This document shows positions 35,531 through 40,618 of a DNA stretch of 40,618 nt, in pieces (position 1 is the stretch's first letter; every line of letters begins with the position of its first letter). The position numbers and the translations under genes were made by a program. The notes beneath the pieces are model-generated. The model saw only the letters and a program-made list of their open reading frames with translations, had not been told where the DNA came from and did not search any database. This stretch comes from Octopus bimaculoides (taxonomy: Eukaryota), in contig NC_068982.1 in NCBI RefSeq assembly GCF_001194135.2, positions 26,852,331 to 26,892,948 on the forward strand, in the 5' to 3' direction.

Positions 35531-36032
35531 AGGGCCATGGACTGACAAGTGAATTTTCCGAGTCCTCTCCCCACCCCTCTTTCGCGAGAGCACATTTTTT
35601 TTTTTTTTCATATCCGTTTAGAGCAAGTTGTTTTACACCTTTTACACTATTTTTCTTTTGTTTTTGTGCTCGGGTCAAACGCTTTAATTTAAACAAGTAA
35701 AAGAGTAAAAGAGTAATGTTACGAACAAGGATAGTAAAGATGTTAGCTACATCAACAAGCGGTAGGGAAAGAAACAATTAAAATGAATAAAATGTGAAAC
35801 AGGCATAAGAAAAAAAATTGAGAGAGAATAGAAGATACAACAATAAAATAAAATAAAATGAAGTGTTGCAGAAGACGTGGTATAAATGGTGAGAGTTAAG
35901 AAAATACGAGACGAAATATTAAAAAAAAAACGAGAAAGTTTTGAATTATAAGCACGTGATGGAGAGAAAAATATAGAATATAAAAGAGGAAGAGAAAAGT
36001 AGAAGGGAGGAAAGTGAAATTAATACGAAAAC

Positions 36033-36108
<76 letters not shown>
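36033..36108. repeat. (GATA)n microsatellite
   Basis: Directly visible. Confidence 0.97.
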
Positions 36109-36109
<1 letters not shown>

Positions 36110-37116
36110 TGGAAGAAAGAGTGGAAAGGACGAGGAAGGATAACAGGATATTAACATATGAAAGTTAGAAAGTGTAATTTTCAGCTGAAGGAACGAAAGA
36201 AAAAGTTGTAATACAACGAGAAACCTACCCGCCTCTCTCTCTTTGTTTCTTTTTCTCTCTCTCTCTCAATTTGAGTGTGTCTGTGTGTGCCTGCGATTAT
36301 ACGTGGGTGCGTATTTGTTTCAGCATAGGCAAAAATAGAATTCAATGCATATAATAAGAGTATTTGTATTTTTATTAGTGAAGGGACCACAAGAGATCAA
36401 AGCCTTGGAGTTTCATGCAAATACTCTCATCAAAGTGATAAGTGCACTAACACGAAACGCTTGGTCGTTGAGTTACTATAGTGCCTCTGCTAATAATAAG
36501 TCTGTAGCATGCTTCTTCGTTTATTTTTACATACTTTATGCCTGTGTACAAGTGTGTTTATGAGTGGTTATACGTATTTCTGTGTGCCGCTGCACATGCA
36601 CACGCTCACACACGTGTTTGTGTGTATGCGTCTCTGTGGAAGGGGTGGAGTTGCGGATATGACCGAATGGCAAAGAGGTTCTCTTTACTCCAAGACAACG
36701 TGGCGTCCTTTGCACTTTTCTTTTTCTTCGTCGTTGCCTCGAGTCGCTCAAGCAAGCAGGAAGCTAACAAGGTAGACGGAAACTTTGTAGATACCCATCG
36801 AATGGATTCTATCTGTACTTCAAATGTCATACCCTTGCTATACTTTATCATACTGTTTCTACCTGATCATTATAGTATGCAACACACGTATCTGTGGAAT
36901 TTACAACCAATTCGCACATTGTTTCCATTATTTCCATGTCGTTCAGTTTGTCAAAGAACTGGGCGTTTATGTATCGTTCCTGACAGAAGTGTCTATCATG
37001 TATCTGCGCCTGTATATGTGTGAATGCCTATGCGTGTGTGTGTATTTATATATATATATATAATACAAATAATATATGAGTATATACATATATACGTACA
37101 TGTATGTACATACTTA

Positions 37117-37769
37117 GGATCTGTTTTAAAACGGGGGCACCAGTTTTCATTTATGTCTTATGTAGTGTTTTTGGTACCGAAAGACTTTCAGACTTCGTAT
37201 ACTTATCTATTTTGTGTTATAGAATAGAAAAAAAAATTTGTAATCGAATTTATTTCATGTAAAAAATTGTCTTATTTCGATAATTTCTACTAATCACTGA
37301 CGTCTGTTCAGTTGAAAACAGTTAGCGCTGTAACTGTGTATATCGTATTAATCCCCTAACCCTAACCCTAACTAGACTGTTAACCGTAACCGTAACCCTA
37401 ACCCTAACCCTAAAACTAACCCTAACTCTAGAATCCGAACTCTAAAATTGCTACACACACAGATACGCACAGCGTAATTTATTATATAAACAATATATGC
37501 GTATAAATTACGATTAAACCGGATGAAATATGTCACAGGGAATAACATTTTTATGACCGCCCAGCAGTAACTCTATTCAGCTGAATAGACGTCAGTGTTT
37601 GGTTGAAATTACAGAAATACGACAACTTTAATATGGAATAACTTGTGATGTACATTTTTTTGTTAAGAAGACTAAGAGTAAAAGATGTTTTATATGACAC
37701 ATTCTACCAGTGTCCCTTCGTTAGTGTTTCGTTAAGAAAATACTGGTGCCCCCGTTTTAAAATAGATCC
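37117..37769. mobile_element. Merlin-like MITE, 653 bp, 28-bp TIRs, 8-bp TSD
   Basis: Left TIR GGATCTGTTTTAAAACGGGGGCACCAGT matches right TIR ACTGGTGCCCCCGTTTTAAAATAGATCC at 27/28. TSD CATACTTA is at 37109-37116 and 37770-37777. GG...CC termini with an 8-bp TSD fit Merlin. Confidence 0.85.
37354..37431. repeat. Interstitial telomere-like (CCCTAA)n inside the MITE
   Basis: 7 perfect CCCTAA units plus CCGTAA, AACTAA and CTCTAG variants in register. Confidence 0.9.
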
Positions 37770-37914
37770 CATACTTACATCTACCTGTATATATAGATGC
37801 ATATCTGGGTACAGGACGTTGCAAACAAAACGTAGACAAAATGATAAACATAGTACAGAAAACACACAGGCCACATAGAGAACATTTCCTTCATCAGCTG
37901 CCACCATTCTAACA

Positions 37915-38100
37915 CTGGCGTTTAGACTGCGGCCATGCTGGGACAACGCCTTCAAGCGTTTTAGCCGAAAGAAATGACTCAAGTGCTTCTTCTATTTCTT
38001 TTTAATCCCTATACTTATTCCATCGGTCTCGTTTGCCGAACTTTAACTTATAGAACGTAAACACACAACTTCAGTTGTCAACCGATAATGTGGAACAAGC
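37915..38100 (-). mobile_element. SINE family A, 3' half
   Basis: GACTGCGGCCATGCTGGGACAACGCCTTCAAG...ACTTATTCCATCGGTCTCGTTTGCCGAAC...GTTGTCAA is the reverse complement of the family A tail. Confidence 0.75.
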
Positions 38101-38592
38101 ACAAAATCTCTCTCACATACTCACATATATATATATATACATATACATATATGTGTTCGTGTGTATGTGTGAATGTATGTGTGTGTGCTACGAAACCGGT
38201 ATGCTTTTGAATCGCTTTAACAACTCACAATAATGACTTTTATTACCTTTATTCCTACCTCAGTTCATCTAATTGTATATATATCTATCGTTACTTTTCA
38301 TAAAAAGCCTTTACTTTTTTTTGATTTCCAATGTGCATTTTCGCTTATTTTTCTGCTTACTTTCCCCTTACATTTCCACGTGTAGTTTCTATTTTGTTTT
38401 TGTAATATATTTCTATTATATATATATATATATATATATATACCGGAGTAAGCACATTAATGCGAAACAAGGTGGGAAAAAGAGTACTCAAATACCAGAG
38501 GTAGAGTAATANNNNNNNNNNNNNNNNNNNNNNNNNNNNNNNNNNNNNNNNNNNNNNNNNNNNNNNNNNNNNNNNNNNNNNNNNNNNNNNNN

Positions 38593-38648
<56 letters not shown>

Positions 38649-38689
38649 ATGTGCGGCAAGTATATTTTGGATAAATAAACAATACTTTC

Positions 38690-38904
38690 AAATTTTGGCA
38701 CAGGGTCAGCAATTTTCAAGGAGGAGGAGAAAGTGCATTATTGCATTGACCTCAGTACTTGACGGATACTTACTTTATCCACCTCGAAAGGCTGAACGAT
38801 AACATCGACCGTGACAGGATTTGAACTCGGAACGTAAAAAACTGAGGAAATAACGCCAAGCGTCTTATCCGGAGTGTTAACGAGCCCTGCCAGCTCACCA
38901 CCTT
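38690..38904 (-). mobile_element. SINE family B, diverged full-length copy
   Basis: GGATTTGAACTCGGAACGTA...TAACGAGCCCTGCCAGCTCACCACCTT (reverse complement of head). Confidence 0.8.
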
Positions 38905-39136
38905 ATGGATAACTAAGTGGTGGCGGGGGATGAAATAGGGAACGTTTGTGAATGAGAAACAAGGGGGGAAGTGAGAGAAGGAGATGTGTGATTTGAGAGG
39001 AACGTAAGAGAGCTAGTGAGACAGAGAGAGACCGAGAGAGAGAGGTTTCTACGAAGTGGTATATGTGATGCCAGGCGAAGCTGACAAGTGAAAAATTCAT
39101 TTCTATTCACTATGTATATATAATATATGTGTGTGT

Positions 39137-39167
<31 letters not shown>

Positions 39168-39481
39168 CGTATTGCGATGCCCCCTGTACAACATCAGCAG
39201 GTAGGAAATAGTTTATCTATTTATTCATTTAGCTGGTTAAGTTTATTTACTTATTCATTGACTTACACGTGTATAAGGGATGACCACTATTTATTTACTT
39301 ATTTATACTCGTATTTATTTATTTATTTATTTATTTATTTATTTGTCTTTCTTTTATTGAAAATTAAGAAACCGAAAATATTTTGCGCCGTTCTTGTGTT
39401 TTACAGAAAATAAAGCAAGATTTGATGCTTGTTTAGTTTTTGTTTTCCTCTTTTCATTCTTTTATTTCTTTATTCATTCAT

Positions 39482-39512
<31 letters not shown>

Positions 39513-40293
39513 TTAGATGTCTCACAAAGAATATTGGTAAACATAATAATTAGTAGGAAAAAATAAATTCTTTCTAAGTATTTATTTGCTTCACTGGTTT
39601 GTTTTTCTGTTCTCCTTTCGTAGCAGTCACCCACAAACAAACCACAAATAAATAAATAAACGTGAAAAGCAAAAGCGAAGAAACTAGACATTCTAACAAA
39701 TTAAGAAACCAACAAAATGAATTGAAATATTTGGTTTATATATATTTAGGGCGGCTGCACTTTTTTATTTTTATTTTTANNNNNNNNNNNNNNNNNNNNN
39801 NNNNNNNNNNNNNNNNNNNNNNNNNNNNNNNNNNNNNNNNNNNNNNNNNNNNNNNNNNNNNNNNNNNNNNNNNNNNNNNNNNNNNNNNNNNNNNNNNNNN
39901 NNNNNNNNNNNNNNNNNNNNNNNNNNNNNNNNNNNNNNNNNNNNNNNNNNNNNNNNNNNNNNNNNNNNNNNNNNNNNNNNNNNNNNNNNNNNNNNNNNNN
40001 NNNNNNNNNNNNNNNNNNNNNNNNNNNNNNNNNNNNNNNNNNNNNNNNNNNNNNNNNNNNNNNNNNNNNNNNNNNNNNNNNNNNNNNNNNNNNNNNNNNN
40101 NNNNNNNNNNNNNNNNNNNNNNNNNNNNNNNNNNNNNNNNNNNNNNNNNNNNNNNNNNNNNNNNNNNNNNNNNNNNNNNNNNNNNNNNNNNNNNNNNNNN
40201 NNNNNNNNNNNNNNNNNNNNNNNNNNNNNNNNNNNNNNNNNNNNNNNNNNNNNNNNNNNNNNNNNNNNNNNNNNNNNNNNNNNNNNNNNNNNN

Positions 40294-40618
<325 letters not shown>

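Larger units (their letters stand above)
1052..40293. other. Twelve assembly gaps (N): 1052-1695, 3670-4558, 8606-9304, 10664-11025, 13095-13588, 17830-18040, 20080-20760, 22897-23143, 28220-28480, 31011-31448, 38512-38592, 39780-40293
   Basis: N runs; most are bordered by microsatellites. Confidence 0.99.

Noticed and set aside
36600-36980. Non-repetitive segment with several overlapping short ORFs
   Set aside because: No recognisable domain and no consistent splice pair
37354-37431. True telomere or chromosome-fusion scar
   Set aside because: Short, single orientation, and embedded within a TIR/TSD-bounded element
37880-37905. CUGAUGA on the minus strand
   Set aside because: No stem II/GAAA/NUH arrangement follows. 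The same applies to CUGANGA hits near 194, 3222, 12564, 21328, 27660 and 27909.
1867-38904. tRNA genes at A/B-box motifs
   Set aside because: All are SINE heads followed by SINE bodies, with no complete cloverleaf

Overview
AT-rich, repeat-saturated animal genomic DNA from a gapped short-read-type assembly (12 N gaps, about 5.5 kb in total). The SINE families, microsatellite load and TTAGGG-type repeat suggest an octopod cephalopod; this is inferred, not proven. No complete protein-coding gene is visible, and almost all listed ORFs are artefacts of N runs or microsatellites. The window holds decayed transposons: a frameshifted hAT transposase, a non-autonomous Helitron, four Penelope-like GIY-YIG fragments, two RTE LINE 3' ends, an R4/Dong-like RLE LINE end, two mariner relics, a piggyBac-like and a Merlin-like MITE, and about 13 tRNA-derived SINE copies. 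Most notable is the 5.4-9.5 kb Penelope cluster. It carries two hammerhead ribozyme motifs (one intact minimal type I at 9305-9349, one with an unusually long stem II at 5456-5551) and an inverted GIY-YIG duplication. Also notable: a Merlin-like MITE with a perfect 8-bp TSD carrying telomeric (CCCTAA)n, a tailless SINE head flanked by a 10-bp TSD, and three phase-compatible candidate exons on the minus strand at 21.9-22.4 kb.
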